Below, piece by piece: positions 9,209 through 20,707 of a DNA stretch of 64,000 bases (the first letter of the stretch is position 1; each line of letters starts with the position of its first letter). The notes beneath the pieces are model-generated. The model was not told where the DNA came from. It saw nothing but the letters and a program-made list of their open reading frames with translations, and did no database searches. The position numbers were made by a program, and so were the translations under genes. The stretch is from an uncultured Gammaproteobacteria bacterium (lineage in GTDB: Bacteria; Pseudomonadota; Gammaproteobacteria; JAADHQ01), in NCBI GenBank assembly GCA_947258755.1, contig CAMYJO010000002.1, positions 208,909-272,908 of the forward strand, read 5' to 3'.

Positions 9209-9843
9209 GATTCTTTTTTTCCGCTGTCAGCAAACAAGGTCTGCTTATGTGTCCTGAAGTATAGCAAAGTATTATGCACTGCCTTGACGATAGCGCGTGG
9301 TGTGATCGTGGCGCCAGTAAACTGGTCAAAAAAGCCGCCATCTTTCTTCACTTTCCAGTGTTTCTCTGACGGGTTTTGTAAGGATTTTTCATTAAAGCCC
9401 AGTATCCAGTCAGATCGTTGTTCTTCGATAGCGTCGCCCAGGCCCGGCGTTTCAAGGTGACTGATGACGCGCACGCCAGTCAGTATGCCATTGAGATCGA
9501 CGCCCACTAATAGTTTTATTTTGCCATTATAGCCATTCGGGGCAATGCTCGCGAATACGGCAGCAACTGGCGTACCTTGCTTGCGCGCGATGTAGACATC
9601 GACCGGTTCATCAGAACCCAGTAGCTCGGCATCACTGATCTTGATGCTGTCATGGTACGGGTCATTGTCATGCATCTCGGGTTTGATGATGTTATGCAGG
9701 CTTTGCAGCAGGGCATCGCGTTCGTTCTGCATAATTCTGTCTTTGGTAGCATTATGGGTAATACTCAGTATCGAGGTGCCAACAAAGGCGAACAGCGACA
9801 GCAGGAGTGCCGAGCGAAACATGTTTTCCCGTGCACTTTTCAT
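9205..9843 (-). CDS. rnfG: Rnf subunit G
   Basis: N-terminal TM, GYNG, ETPGLG, and FMN-binding TGATITPRA. Confidence 0.95.
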   Translation of the reverse strand: MKSARENMFRSALLLSLFAFVGTSILSITHNATKDRIMQNERDALLQSLHNIIKPEMHDNDPYHDSIKISDAELLGSDEPVDVYIARKQGTPVAAVFASIAPNGYNGKIKLLVGVDLNGILTGVRVISHLETPGLGDAIEEQRSDWILGFNEKSLQNPSEKHWKVKKDGGFFDQFTGATITPRAIVKAVHNTLLYFRTHKQTLFADSGKKES

Positions 9844-10862
9844 TTTCCGGATGCTCCGAATACGCGCGGCTGAGTGTAGTAGTCGATGGTAGGCACAGCC
9901 ATGTTCATCAATAACACCGCAAAGGCGATGCCGTCAGGATAACCACCCCATGTTCTGATAATGAATGTCAGTGCGCCAATACCCACGGCATAGATGATTC
10001 TGCCTTTGGGTGTGGTGCTGGCGCTGACCGGGTCAGTAGCAATAAAAAATGCCGCCAGTATCGTACCGCCACTGAATAATTGGAATAAGGGGTTGCTGTA
10101 TTGCTGCGGGTCGGCAAGATAAAAAATACCGGCCATTACCACGATGCTTAATAATAGGCTCACGGGTATTTGCCAGCTGATAATGCCACGATAAATCAGC
10201 CACAGTCCACCCAGCAGGAAGGCGGCGGCGATCCATTCCCATCCTGCTCCACCCCAAAAACCAAACAGTGGCGAGGCGCTGATTTCGCTAATGCTCTGAT
10301 TCAGGCTTAGCCCGGTTTTAATGCTATCGATCGGTGTTGCCGAGGTAATGCTGTCGAGGCTGATAGCAGCATTCAGTTCACCCAGGAACAGGTACTGTAA
10401 AGCCTGGGATAAATCCAGCCCGGCATGTGGTTGTAACCACTGGGTCATGTATTGTGGAAACGAAATCATGACGACCACATAACCGACCATAGCGGGATTG
10501 AAGGGGTTATACCCGAGTCCTCCATAGAGATGCTTGGCGACAACAATAGCAAACAGGGTGGCGATGACGATTAACCACCAGGGTGCCAGGGTGGGTAGGG
10601 CCAGGGCAAGCAGGCAGGCAGTCAGTATGGCACTGTTGTCACGCAGGAAGAATGCCAGCGGCCGCTTTCTCAATAACAGCATCAGTGCTTCACTGGCTAC
10701 GGCTGTCAGGCAGGCGAGGATGATATTGACAAGGATGCTCCAGCCAAAAAAATAACTATAGACCAGGATGCCCGGAATCAACGCATAGATGACCTGCAAC
10801 ATAACCAGCGATATGTTCTGATTGTTGTGCAGATAGGGTGATGATGTTTTTTTAAATTGCAT
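9840..10862 (-). CDS. rnfD: Rnf subunit D
   Basis: YGGLGYNPFNPAM, SATP, FFIATDPVS, GGYPDG. Confidence 0.95.
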   Translation of the reverse strand: MQFKKTSSPYLHNNQNISLVMLQVIYALIPGILVYSYFFGWSILVNIILACLTAVASEALMLLLRKRPLAFFLRDNSAILTACLLALALPTLAPWWLIVIATLFAIVVAKHLYGGLGYNPFNPAMVGYVVVMISFPQYMTQWLQPHAGLDLSQALQYLFLGELNAAISLDSITSATPIDSIKTGLSLNQSISEISASPLFGFWGGAGWEWIAAAFLLGGLWLIYRGIISWQIPVSLLLSIVVMAGIFYLADPQQYSNPLFQLFSGGTILAAFFIATDPVSASTTPKGRIIYAVGIGALTFIIRTWGGYPDGIAFAVLLMNMAVPTIDYYTQPRVFGASGK

Positions 10863-10868
10863 ATTTAT

Positions 10869-12515
10869 TTATGACGTTGAGTCTTTCTGTTCCTGGTTTC
10901 TTCTTGCATCTATGTCATCGATTTTCTTTTGCTGCTCGGCAGATAGATTGTCGATGTTCTTTGTTTGCGTCTGACTTTTTTTCTGTTTCTCGCGTACGCG
11001 CTCCAGCGCCGCCTCGATCGCATCCTTTTTACTGTCCTTGGTCTTTTCGTCCTTGCCGGTCTTGAGCGCAGCTTTTTTCTTGCGCATGCGCTCTTCGCGT
11101 TCCTTCTTCTCTTTTTCGAGACGTTCGAGCCTGAACTCATGGCGTAGGCGAGCCCGGTCGGATTTTTTCTTGTCTCTTTCCAGTGCCCATATTTCCGTTT
11201 TGGCAAAACGGTAGTATTGCACTAAGGGTATTTGACTAGGGCATACATAGGAACAACAGCCGCATTCGATACAGTCGAATAAATTATAATCCTGGATTTT
11301 ATCAAAATCCCTGGCATAGGCCTGCCAATATAATTGCTGCGGTAATAGCTGCGCGGGACACACGTCCATGCAGGCACCGCAGCGAATGCAGGGCATTGCT
11401 TGCTGTTCCTGGGCATCGGCTTCACCTTCCCCGAATGCCAGTACGCAATTGCTAGTCTTGATGATCGGTATCTTATCGGTGCCAAGATTAAAGCCCATCA
11501 TTGGCCCGCCCATGACGAGTCGCTTGATCGAATCGTGATAACCGCCGCAATATGTAATCCATTCATCAACCGGTGTGCCAATCAATACTTCATGATTGCC
11601 GGGCTGCTTAATGCCTTCGCCCGTTAGCGTGACGATGCGCGAGATCAATGGCTTGTTGTAAGTGACCGCCTGGTAAATCGCGGCTGCGGTGGCGACGTTC
11701 TGACAAACAACGCCGACATCCAGTGGCAAGCCATGGCTTGGCGATTCTTTGCCTGTTAGTACCTTGATCAGCTGCTTCTCACCACCGGCTGGATAGAGAG
11801 TCGGTATACTGATGATCTCTATGTCATCGATACCCAGTTTTGAGCAGGCATCTTTCAGGGCAGCATGAGCTTCAGGCTTGTTGTCTTCAATGCCGATCAG
11901 GCAGCGCCGCGCCTGTAATGCATGTTTCATGATGCGTATACCGTTGATGACATCCTCGGCACGCTCGCGCATCAACATGTCATCACAAGTGATGTAGGGT
12001 TCGCATTCAGCCGCGTTGATGATGAGTTCATCGATGGCTGTTTTCGCGCCTGGATTCAATTTAATAAAGGATGGAAATCCTGCGCCGCCCAGACCGACTA
12101 TGCCGGCATCGCGGATCCTGTTGCGTAAGGCGCTGGGATCCATCTGGCGGTAATCTGCGCTACTATCCAGATCGATCCATTCGTCCTTGCCATCTGGCTT
12201 GATAACGATACAGGTCGCTGACAGGCCGGACGGGTGTGGTACTGGCTGTTCAATGATCTGACTGACAGTACCCGATGTTGGCGCATGCAAGGGCACACTG
12301 ACATAACCATTGGCTTTGGCGATGATCTGTCCCTTCAAGACAGGGTCACCTTCCTTGACCGTTGCCTCCGAGGATTCACCGATATGTTGCTGTAAAGGCA
12401 GTACCAGGCGCGAGGGAATGAAGACATCGCCAATGGCCTGGCCGGTTGAGATTTCCTTGTGCCCGGGCAGATGCAGGCCGCCATGAAAGTTAAATAGTTT
12501 ATGCTTCGATTGCAT
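10869..12515 (-). CDS. rnfC: Rnf subunit C
   Basis: FHGG, GLGGAGFP, ECEPYIT, two CxxCxxCxxxCP clusters and a charged tail. Start MQSKH at 12515 (TAATG overlap with rnfB). Confidence 0.95.
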   Translation of the reverse strand: MQSKHKLFNFHGGLHLPGHKEISTGQAIGDVFIPSRLVLPLQQHIGESSEATVKEGDPVLKGQIIAKANGYVSVPLHAPTSGTVSQIIEQPVPHPSGLSATCIVIKPDGKDEWIDLDSSADYRQMDPSALRNRIRDAGIVGLGGAGFPSFIKLNPGAKTAIDELIINAAECEPYITCDDMLMRERAEDVINGIRIMKHALQARRCLIGIEDNKPEAHAALKDACSKLGIDDIEIISIPTLYPAGGEKQLIKVLTGKESPSHGLPLDVGVVCQNVATAAAIYQAVTYNKPLISRIVTLTGEGIKQPGNHEVLIGTPVDEWITYCGGYHDSIKRLVMGGPMMGFNLGTDKIPIIKTSNCVLAFGEGEADAQEQQAMPCIRCGACMDVCPAQLLPQQLYWQAYARDFDKIQDYNLFDCIECGCCSYVCPSQIPLVQYYRFAKTEIWALERDKKKSDRARLRHEFRLERLEKEKKEREERMRKKKAALKTGKDEKTKDSKKDAIEAALERVREKQKKSQTQTKNIDNLSAEQQKKIDDIDARRNQEQKDSTS

Positions 12516-13096
12516 TACTCTGTCACCGTCGTTTGCGTGTCCGGGGTGATCTCTGCACCTGCCTGGGTCGGGCTTGGCCATCTCCAGGTGCTGATATCTT
12601 CCTCAACGGGGATAATGTGGATACATTCAACCGGGCATGGCGGTATGCATAGATCACAGCCGGTACACTCACTGGCGATCACGGTATGCATTTGTTTGGC
12701 AGCGCCGAGTATCGCGTCGACCGGACAGGCCTGGATGCAAAGCGTGCAACCGATGCAGACCTTTTCATCGATATAGACGACTGTTTTTTCTTCGGCTTCA
12801 ATGCCATTTTCGGGGTTCAGGGGTTTTGGATCCAGACCCAGCAAATCGGCCAGGGCGACGATAGTCGCCTCGCCACCTGGGGGGCACTGGTTTATATCGG
12901 CTTCACCCTTGGCAATAGCCTCAGCATAGGGTCGACATCCGGGGAAGCTGCATTGGCCACATTGGGTCTGTGGCAGGATCGCATCGATCTTGTCGACGAC
13001 CGGATCGCCCTTGATGCGAAAACGGGTAGCGACATAACCGAGTATCACGCCAAAGATAGCGGCCAGCAGGCTCATTGTCAGGATAGCTTCAAGCAT
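12515..13096 (-). CDS. rnfB: Rnf subunit B
   Basis: [38 protein letters not shown]. Confidence 0.95.
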   Translation of the reverse strand: MLEAILTMSLLAAIFGVILGYVATRFRIKGDPVVDKIDAILPQTQCGQCSFPGCRPYAEAIAKGEADINQCPPGGEATIVALADLLGLDPKPLNPENGIEAEEKTVVYIDEKVCIGCTLCIQACPVDAILGAAKQMHTVIASECTGCDLCIPPCPVECIHIIPVEEDISTWRWPSPTQAGAEITPDTQTTVTE

Positions 13097-13680
13097 CAGA
13101 ATTTAATCAGGCCCGAGAACCCCATAAACGCAAGCGACATCAAACCGGCTGTGATCAGGGAGATGGCATTACCCTTGAAGGCCTCGGGCACATCGGCGAC
13201 AGCAATTCTTTCGCGCATGGCAGCGAATAATATCAGTACCATGGAAAACCCCACAGCGGCACCGAATCCATACAGTGTCGATGCGATAAAGCCATGCTGT
13301 TCCTGGATGTTGAGTAGGGCGACACCGAGGACGGCGCAATTGGTGGTAATCAATGGCAGAAATATGCCGAGCACCTGGTACAACAGCGGGCTGGTTTTAT
13401 GCACGACCATCTCGGTGACCTGGACAACAACGGCAATCACGAGAATAAAGCTGATGGTGCGTAGAAATTCGATTTCCAGTGGGATCAGCAAGTACTCATT
13501 GACCAGATAGCTGCACACCGAGGACAGGGTCAGGACAAAGGTTGTGGCCAGAGACATGCCGACGGCGGTTTCCAATTTTCGTGACACGCCCATGAACGGG
13601 CACAGGCCGAGAAATTTCACCAGCACGAAATTATTCACGAGGACAGTACTAACCAACAGCAGTGCGTATTCAGTCATCAT
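13096..13680 (-). CDS. rnfA: Rnf subunit A
   Basis: [27 protein letters not shown]. Confidence 0.95.
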   Translation of the reverse strand: MMTEYALLLVSTVLVNNFVLVKFLGLCPFMGVSRKLETAVGMSLATTFVLTLSSVCSYLVNEYLLIPLEIEFLRTISFILVIAVVVQVTEMVVHKTSPLLYQVLGIFLPLITTNCAVLGVALLNIQEQHGFIASTLYGFGAAVGFSMVLILFAAMRERIAVADVPEAFKGNAISLITAGLMSLAFMGFSGLIKF

Positions 13681-13769
13681 TTAAAGATAAGATATCCACT
13701 GTAAAAGATAAAGGCGTATTGACAAAGACCTTCGATAAGGAAGGTTAAAAGGCATTGCAAATCGACAGG

Positions 13770-15845
13770 CTACTTGACCTTCATGCCGGCTTGCGCGCCC
13801 TCATCAGGTTCCAGTATCCATAAATCCTTGCCCCCCGGGCCGGCCGCCAGCACCATGCCTTCGGATACACCGAAACGCATTTTCCGTGGTGCTAGATTGG
13901 CCACCATGACGGTCAGCTTGCCTTGTAGTTGTTCCGGACTATAGGCCGACTTGATGCCGGCAAAGACATTGCGTTGTTGGTCACCGATATCCAGGGTCAG
14001 CTGTAACAGCTTGTCTGCCCCTTCGACATGTTCTGCCTTGACGATACGGGCAATACGCAGGTCGATCTTGGCAAAGTCATCATATTCAATGGTATTGGCG
14101 ATCGCCGGATGTTCACCCTGTTGCGCCTGTGCATGTCGCGTTGGCGAGTGGCTTTCTTTTTCTTCGGTGGCCTTTAGGTTTTCCTGGTTCTTATCCAGCA
14201 TGGCCTGGATTTGCTTGTCCTCAATACGCTTGGCCAGGTGCTTGTATTTCTGGATGTCATGATCCAGCAACAATTCATTGCTGTGATGCCATTGTAGCGG
14301 TTCGCTATTGAGGAATTCCTCGACCTGGCGCGCCAGTTCCGGTAACACCGGTTTCAGGTAGATGGTCAGGATCCTGAACAGATTGATACCGGTTGTACAA
14401 ATTTGCTGCAGGCGTTCTTCCTGGCCTTCTTGTTTGGCAATCACCCAGGGTTGGGTGTCATTGACATACTCGTTGGCGATGTCCGCCAGCGCCATGATCT
14501 CCCTGATGGCCTCGCTGAACTGACGTCGATCATATAGATCGGCAATGTCATCGGCGGCGCGTTGCAGTTTTTGCAAGGGCTCGATATCCATTTCATCGAT
14601 GCAGTTGCCCAGTTTGCCATCATAGCGCTTGCTGATAAAGCCGGCGGTACGGCTGGCGATGTTGATATACTTGCCAATCAGGTTGCTGTTGACGCGGGCG
14701 ACAAAGTCTTCCAGGTTAAGATCGATGTCCTCTACGCGGTCATTGAGTTTGGCAGCGAAATAATAGCGCAGGTATTCCGGTTGCAGGAATTCCAGGTAAG
14801 AGCGCGCGGTAATAAAGGTGCCGCGTGATTTTGACATTTTCTGGCCGTTGACGGTCAGGAAGCCATGCACGCAGATTTGATCAGGGGTGCGATAGCCCGA
14901 GTATTCGAGGGTCGCCGGCCAAAACAGCGCATGGAAACTGAGAATGTCCTTGCCGATGAAGTGATAGAGCTCGGCATCGCTACCTTTTTTCCAGTAGCTG
15001 TCAAAATCAATGTCTTCTCTGGCGCACAGGTTTTTAAAGCTCGCCATATAACCGACCGGTGCGTCCAGCCAGACGTAGAAATATTTGCCCGGAGCGTCCG
15101 GGATTTCGAAACCGAAATAAGGCGCATCGCGCGAGATTTCCCAGTCGCGCAGTCCGGCATCGAACCATTCCTCCAGTTTGTTTTTGGCCTCGGCCGGTAA
15201 CGGGCTGCTGCCACGGTTACCATTGTCGATCCAGTCACGTAAAAAGTCGATGCATTCACTGAGTTTGAAAAAGAAATGTTCGGTTTCCTTGCGTACCGGC
15301 TTGGCACCGGAGACAACCGAATACGGATTGATCAAATCGGTCGTTGTATAGGTAGTGCCACAAACCTCGCAGCCATCGCCATATTGATCCTGGCTATGAC
15401 ACTTCGGGCATTCACCCTTGATATAACGATCAGGAAGAAACATTTCTTTTTCCGGATCGTAATAATGCTCGGTCATGCGGCTTTCGATTAGCCCGGCTTG
15501 TTTTAACTGCAGGTAAATCTGTTCGGATAATTCACGGTTTTCGGATGAATTGGTCGAATAGTAATTATCGAAATCAATATGGAATTCGGTGAAATCCTGT
15601 AGATGCTCGGCATGCACGCGTTCGATCAGCTGTTCCGGGCTGATGCCTTCCTGCTCGGCACGCAGCATGATCGGTGTACCGTGGGTGTCGTCGGCACAGA
15701 CGTAATAACAGGTATGCCCCTGCATTTTCTGGAATCGCACCCAGATATCGGTCTGGATATATTCGACCAGATGGCCCAGATGAATACTGCCATTGGCATA
15801 GGGGAGGGCGCTAGTGGCCAGAATATTTCGGGGTTTGCTGCTCAT
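13770..15845 (-). CDS. metG: Methionine--tRNA ligase
   Basis: [13 protein letters not shown], Zn knuckle, KMSKS, and C-terminal tRNA-binding domain (FAKIDLR...SEGM). Confidence 0.97.
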   Translation of the reverse strand: MSSKPRNILATSALPYANGSIHLGHLVEYIQTDIWVRFQKMQGHTCYYVCADDTHGTPIMLRAEQEGISPEQLIERVHAEHLQDFTEFHIDFDNYYSTNSSENRELSEQIYLQLKQAGLIESRMTEHYYDPEKEMFLPDRYIKGECPKCHSQDQYGDGCEVCGTTYTTTDLINPYSVVSGAKPVRKETEHFFFKLSECIDFLRDWIDNGNRGSSPLPAEAKNKLEEWFDAGLRDWEISRDAPYFGFEIPDAPGKYFYVWLDAPVGYMASFKNLCAREDIDFDSYWKKGSDAELYHFIGKDILSFHALFWPATLEYSGYRTPDQICVHGFLTVNGQKMSKSRGTFITARSYLEFLQPEYLRYYFAAKLNDRVEDIDLNLEDFVARVNSNLIGKYINIASRTAGFISKRYDGKLGNCIDEMDIEPLQKLQRAADDIADLYDRRQFSEAIREIMALADIANEYVNDTQPWVIAKQEGQEERLQQICTTGINLFRILTIYLKPVLPELARQVEEFLNSEPLQWHHSNELLLDHDIQKYKHLAKRIEDKQIQAMLDKNQENLKATEEKESHSPTRHAQAQQGEHPAIANTIEYDDFAKIDLRIARIVKAEHVEGADKLLQLTLDIGDQQRNVFAGIKSAYSPEQLQGKLTVMVANLAPRKMRFGVSEGMVLAAGPGGKDLWILEPDEGAQAGMKVK

Positions 15846-16091
15846 TTTTCACCCAATTGCTTGAATCTGTACATAAAAATTGGCCTAGTATAGCTGATTC
15901 CTGAGGACGCGACAGCTTTCTATGAGCAATCTACACCAATATGGGTCAATTCCGTCGGCTTCCACGGTGATGGCGTTGGCGGGCGCATTATGAAATACTA
16001 CGCAGCCGATGAAAATCGTGTATAATACCTGATCTTTTTACTCTGGAATACTGGATTAAATGTCTTGTAGGTTCTTTTAGGAGATTGTTGT

Positions 16092-17183
16092 ATGTCAAAT
16101 GTCAGCCAGACGCAGGTAGAAGAGGCCCTCAAGGGTTATGTTGATCCCCATCTGGAAAAGGATCTGGTCTCTACCAAGGCAGTTAAGAAAATTGATATTG
16201 ACGGTGGCAAGGTCACTGTTGCTATTACCCTGGGCTATCCGGCCAAGGGCTTCAAGGAAAAGCTTGAAGCAGAGTTAAAACAAATTATCGAAGCGCTGGA
16301 CGGTGTCGACTCGGCCGAGATCAAGGTCGACTGGAAAATCGCCGCCCATGTCGTGCAAAAGAGCCTGAAATCTATTGAAGGCGTTAAAAACATTATTGCC
16401 GTCGCCTCCGGTAAGGGTGGTGTTGGTAAATCCACGACTTCGGTCAACCTGGCCCTGGCCCTGGCGGCTGAAGGTGCCAACGTCGGTTTGCTGGACGCGG
16501 ACATCTACGGTCCCAGTCAGCCACGTATGCTGGGCATCTCCGGCAAGCCGGAGTCACAGGATGGCAAGACCTTGGAACCCATGAGCAGTTATGATATCCA
16601 GGCGATGTCGATTGGTTTTCTGATCGAAGAAGATACGCCAATGATCTGGCGTGGTCCGATGGTAACCCAGGCGTTGGAACAGTTACTGGTTGATACCCGC
16701 TGGGACAACCTCGATTATCTAATCATCGATCTGCCTCCCGGCACCGGCGATACGCAGCTGACATTGGCGCAAAAAGTGCCGGTCAGTGGTGCCGTGATCG
16801 TCACCACGCCACAGGACATTGCCTTACTGGATGCACGCAAGGGTCTGAAGATGTTCGAGAAGGTTGAAGTAGCCGTGCTCGGTATTGTCGAAAACATGAG
16901 TATCCATATCTGTAGTGAATGTGGTCATGAAGAACATATCTTCGGTCAAGGCGGCGGACAAAGCATGTCGGATGAATTCGATGTTGATTTCCTTGGCGCC
17001 CTGCCGTTGGATATTCGCATCCGTGAAGAAACCGATAATGGTAAACCTACCGTTGTCGCAGAGCCGGACAGTCGTATTGCGCAGATCTATCGCGAAATCG
17101 CACGTCGCACCGCAGCCAAGCTGTCACTGCAGGCCAAAAACCATAGCGCCAAATTTCCGCAGATCGTTATTCAGAATAATTAA
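16092..17183 (+). CDS. apbC: Fe-S cluster carrier ATPase Mrp/ApbC
   Basis: SGKGGVGKST, DADIYGPS, WRGPM, DLPPGTGD, ENMS..CxxC; divergent from metG. Confidence 0.95.
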   Translation: MSNVSQTQVEEALKGYVDPHLEKDLVSTKAVKKIDIDGGKVTVAITLGYPAKGFKEKLEAELKQIIEALDGVDSAEIKVDWKIAAHVVQKSLKSIEGVKNIIAVASGKGGVGKSTTSVNLALALAAEGANVGLLDADIYGPSQPRMLGISGKPESQDGKTLEPMSSYDIQAMSIGFLIEEDTPMIWRGPMVTQALEQLLVDTRWDNLDYLIIDLPPGTGDTQLTLAQKVPVSGAVIVTTPQDIALLDARKGLKMFEKVEVAVLGIVENMSIHICSECGHEEHIFGQGGGQSMSDEFDVDFLGALPLDIRIREETDNGKPTVVAEPDSRIAQIYREIARRTAAKLSLQAKNHSAKFPQIVIQNN

Positions 17184-17202
17184 TAGCGTTTCAACGGGAA
17201 AC

Positions 17203-17235
17203 AAAAAAGGCGCAGCCCAGGCTGCGCCTTTTTTT
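17203..17235. terminator. Bidirectional rho-independent terminator
   Basis: AAAAAAGGCGCAGCCCAGGCTGCGCCTTTTTTT between convergent genes. Confidence 0.9.
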
Positions 17236-17269
17236 GTACCTGTGAAATGAAACTTTACCCATTGTTGCC

Positions 17270-17596
17270 TTACATATAGGTTTTGGCTTCTTCGCCGGGG
17301 TTGGGCAGACCAGCGACACGCCAGGCCTCACGTTGGCTATGAAACAGGTGCTCGACACAATGCTTATCAAGATGATTGACGATACTGACGTGATGAAACA
17401 TCGGCGGCGTGCCAAAATGTTTATAATGGTCTCGAAGGGTTTGTATGACCAGCCAGTGTGTTTCCGTGAGTTCTTCGATACCATCCATTCTGGCAACAAC
17501 TCGGGCAATTTGCTCGTTCCATACCCCGGGTTCGGTGAGAAAGCCGTCTTCATCAAATAGGCGTGAGGCGGCGGTGATGACATTAACTGTTAACAT
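17270..17596 (-). CDS. DsrC/TusE-family protein lacking the C-terminal cysteines (RspA-type)
   Basis: DEDGFL..P..WNE.IA, LTETHW.VI..LR..Y and AWRVAGLP are DsrC-fold motifs; ends GEEAKTYM. AAGGAG RBS. Confidence 0.85.
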   Translation of the reverse strand: MLTVNVITAASRLFDEDGFLTEPGVWNEQIARVVARMDGIEELTETHWLVIQTLRDHYKHFGTPPMFHHVSIVNHLDKHCVEHLFHSQREAWRVAGLPNPGEEAKTYM

Positions 17597-17752
17597 GGCG
17601 GCTACTCCTTTGCATAAGGTTTGGGTATATGCCTCGGCAAGTTTGATGGTAGCGAAACCTGCGTTACTGCAGTCGATACAGTGCTGCCTGGAACAATCGA
17701 ATGATGAAAGCTGGGTACTGACTGCATTGCGGAAAAGCGAGTCTATATTATC

Positions 17753-17781
17753 AACATAGTAAAGCGAACGCCGTTAGTCAA
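17753..17781 (-). promoter_or_regulatory. Putative sigma70 promoter for the DsrC/TusE-like gene
   Basis: Minus strand TTGACT-17 nt-TATGTT, about 150 nt upstream of the ATG. Confidence 0.5.
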
Positions 17782-17929
17782 ATGCCTTGCTGATCGGTGC
17801 TTCCGCTATATTATTGGTGGAATATAAGCCGTTGTCATACCTGTAAAAGTGGCGCCTTGCTCTGGCAAATCCTTGCCGATCCCTGTACTATTTCGGGGTA
17901 AATATATAGATGAAATACACGGTAATTAT

Positions 17930-18496
17930 ATGAGTATCAAGGCTGACAAGTGGATACGCCAAATGGCGCAAGAACAGGGCATGATCGAACCGTTTGCGGG
18001 CGAGCAGATCAGGGCAAGCGAGCAGGGCAGGATCATCTCTTACGGTACCTCCAGCTATGGCTACGACGTCCGTTGTGCAGACGAATTCAAGATATTCACC
18101 AATATCAATTCGGCCATTGTCGATCCGAAGGACTTTTCCGAACACAGCTTCGTCGACTTCAAAGGCGATGTCTGTATTATCCCGCCGAATTCATTTGCAC
18201 TGGCCAGAACAGTCGAATATTTCCGCATACCCCGGAGTGTATTGACGGTCTGCCTGGGCAAATCCACCTATGCCCGCTGTGGCATTATTGTCAATGTGAC
18301 GCCACTAGAGCCGGAATGGGAAGGCCATGTGACCCTGGAGTTCTCAAATACCACACCGTTGCCGGCAAAGATTTATGCTAACGAAGGTGTCGCGCAAATG
18401 TTGTTTTTCGAATCGGATGAAGTATGCGAAACCTCTTATCGCGATCGCGGTGGAAAATATCAGGGCCAACAGGGCGTGACATTACCGAAAGCCTGA
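17930..18496 (+). CDS. dcd: dCTP deaminase
   Basis: [35 protein letters not shown]. Start MSIKADK at 17930. Confidence 0.96.
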   Translation: MSIKADKWIRQMAQEQGMIEPFAGEQIRASEQGRIISYGTSSYGYDVRCADEFKIFTNINSAIVDPKDFSEHSFVDFKGDVCIIPPNSFALARTVEYFRIPRSVLTVCLGKSTYARCGIIVNVTPLEPEWEGHVTLEFSNTTPLPAKIYANEGVAQMLFFESDEVCETSYRDRGGKYQGQQGVTLPKA

Positions 18497-18511
18497 CGCC
18501 CAGGTACTTAC

Positions 18512-19225
18512 TTGTTTAAAAAAATACCCATATCCTTTCTGATACTAAGCAACCTGGTGCCGGTGCTGGGTGTTATTTTTGCAGACTGGGATGCGGCTTC
18601 CATCGTGCTGGTGTACTGGGCGGAAAACCTGGTCATCGGTGTCTACAATATTTTGAAAATGCTGACCGTCGCGCCGATTGAATTAAAGGCCGTGGGCGCT
18701 CGACTCCTGGTGGTGTTGTTCTTTATTGTTCACTACGGCGGTTTTGCCGCCGGCCATGGTATGTTCCTATTGCAGTTTTTTGATGTCGGTCAGGGTAGCG
18801 ATATCATGGCTGCAAAGAATGACTGGCCAGGGCCCTTGGTACTGTTGCAGATGCTATATAAGGTCATACAGCAACTATGGGTCAGTATGCCGTCAGGGTT
18901 TATTTGGGCCATCATCGCCTTATTCATCAGTCATGGCGTGTCCTACGTCTATAACTTTGTGCTTGCCGGTGAGCGCCACAGAATAACCACCAAGAAGTTG
19001 ATGGGGCAGCCTTACGGCCGTGTTGTCATTATGCATATCGCTATCATTGCCGGGGGTGTATTTGTTGTTAAGCTGGGTTCGCCTGTGGTGTTGTTAATAG
19101 CGCTGGTGGCAGTTAAAACGGCAATGGATATCATGCTGCATAAAAAATCGCATAAAAAGTTACTGGCTGCAGAAAAAGGTAAGATTGTAAAAAGTGAGGA
19201 CAGCGAATCGTCTGCAAGCAGCTGA
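18512..19225 (+). CDS. Membrane protein, DUF6498-like
   Basis: NLVPVLGV..W, YWAEN, FFIVHYGGF...HG, PYGRVVIMHIAII; several TM helices. Confidence 0.7.
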   Translation: MFKKIPISFLILSNLVPVLGVIFADWDAASIVLVYWAENLVIGVYNILKMLTVAPIELKAVGARLLVVLFFIVHYGGFAAGHGMFLLQFFDVGQGSDIMAAKNDWPGPLVLLQMLYKVIQQLWVSMPSGFIWAIIALFISHGVSYVYNFVLAGERHRITTKKLMGQPYGRVVIMHIAIIAGGVFVVKLGSPVVLLIALVAVKTAMDIMLHKKSHKKLLAAEKGKIVKSEDSESSASS

Positions 19226-19288
19226 GCTATGGTCTTGCAACAGCCTTTTGAATAATCTTGAGGTCTTTAGCGGGCCGATTAAAATTTA

Positions 19289-19906
19289 TTATCGTGGCTT
19301 GGCAATGCCTTTGTAGATGTAACTAAAGGCCCTGGGTCCCTGCATGTATTGATAATCACCTTGCGTGATCGTGAAGCCGGCCTGTTTTATCAGGGTATCG
19401 AAGTCTCTGTTGAGATGGCAACCACCTGCAATTTTTTTCCAAAATGGGTTGAGCCGATTCTGCCATATTTGTATGTTTTGTTCCGGCGCATAGCCGTGTT
19501 CGCAAAAAAGCATTACCCCGTTCGGTTTGAGTACGCGTCGCATTTCCTCCAGGGCCTTTTCGAGCTTGTCGATGGAGCACAATGTGAATGTCGTGACGAT
19601 GGTATCAATGGACTGTGTATCGAGTGGAATATCTTCGGCGCCATTGGTAGACAATGCGACCGCTATGTTTATTTCTTTGGCCACCGCGCTGGCCTTTTGA
19701 CGCAGGCGCTCGTTCGGCTCCAGGCCGGTGATATGTTCAACCTGTTCTTCGGAGTAGAACGGCAGGTTAAGGCCGGAACCGATACCGATCTCGAGTACGC
19801 GGCCAGAGGCCTGCGGCAATAGCGATTGGCGTTTTTCAGTAAAGCGATTATTGGAACAGGCCAGCTGTATAAGTTCTGGGAGTATGTATTTTTGATACAG
19901 GTTCAT
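19289..19906 (-). CDS. Class I SAM-dependent methyltransferase
   Basis: VLEIGIGSG motif I, TFTLCSI, RVLKPNG, EHG, GGCHLNR. Confidence 0.9.
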   Translation of the reverse strand: MNLYQKYILPELIQLACSNNRFTEKRQSLLPQASGRVLEIGIGSGLNLPFYSEEQVEHITGLEPNERLRQKASAVAKEINIAVALSTNGAEDIPLDTQSIDTIVTTFTLCSIDKLEKALEEMRRVLKPNGVMLFCEHGYAPEQNIQIWQNRLNPFWKKIAGGCHLNRDFDTLIKQAGFTITQGDYQYMQGPRAFSYIYKGIAKPR

Positions 19907-19930
19907 GGCAGCAGGGATCGTGACAGTTGG

Positions 19931-20707
19931 TTAATCCGATGAGGCCTGCTTATCGGTTATTGCGCCGCTGACGCGGTCTAATAATAACGAGAATTTGCTG
20001 CCATCCGTTTCGATGTGTTGGATTTTTACCGGCAGGTAATGTAATTCAGGTGCGAGCCACATGATGGTGTTACGCTTGCTGTTCTCGCGACTACGCTCGA
20101 TCTTGATGGCCTTGAAGTCCCCGGCATCGGTCTCGATCGTTTCAGTACCGCGAACCTTGAAGATTATGTCATCCAGCTTGCCTTTTTTGACGATGCTATA
20201 GGATTGTGGTTTCCCGGCCGTTTGCAAGTCATGCATCAGTCTTAGCTGCATGGAAAAATAATCCACGGTTTCAGCCTTGATGCTGACGCTGGAGGGTTTG
20301 CCACTGATGGTTGAATTGGCTTGCAGCTTGTCCCAGTCAAAATCGACCGAGCGATTACGGTTCTTTTTGCCGCCCTTATGGATATATTGATAACTGACCG
20401 GCCTGAAATCATTCGCGACTTTTTTAAGCAAGGTTCGTTCAGTGATCTTGTCCTTGCGAAAAATGGAAATGACGCCTTTGGTTTTGGTCTGGCTTTGGTA
20501 TAACCAGGAGCCGTCAGCTTGCTGTTGCAATGAGCTGCTGGCCTGGGCAGCATGCATACCGAATTTATGCAGGCTATATTCGGCACTGAATTCCGGCGGC
20601 AGGCCGGCCTGGAGTGCATGACTGAACAGCAGGGCCGGTAACAGCATGCACAATAGCGGCTTGGTTTTCATGCGAATAGCGTGTCCTTTTTCTTGCCTAT
20701 AAGTCAT
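19931..20707 (-). CDS. DUF3108-family exported protein
   Basis: Signal peptide, beta-rich body, WLAPELHYLPVKI; usual position after purN. Start may be 20671. Confidence 0.75.
   Translation of the reverse strand: MTYRQEKGHAIRMKTKPLLCMLLPALLFSHALQAGLPPEFSAEYSLHKFGMHAAQASSSLQQQADGSWLYQSQTKTKGVISIFRKDKITERTLLKKVANDFRPVSYQYIHKGGKKNRNRSVDFDWDKLQANSTISGKPSSVSIKAETVDYFSMQLRLMHDLQTAGKPQSYSIVKKGKLDDIIFKVRGTETIETDAGDFKAIKIERSRENSKRNTIMWLAPELHYLPVKIQHIETDGSKFSLLLDRVSGAITDKQASSD

Noticed and set aside
12686..13510. 274-aa plus-strand ORF
   Set aside because: Antisense to rnfB/rnfA with no recognisable motifs.
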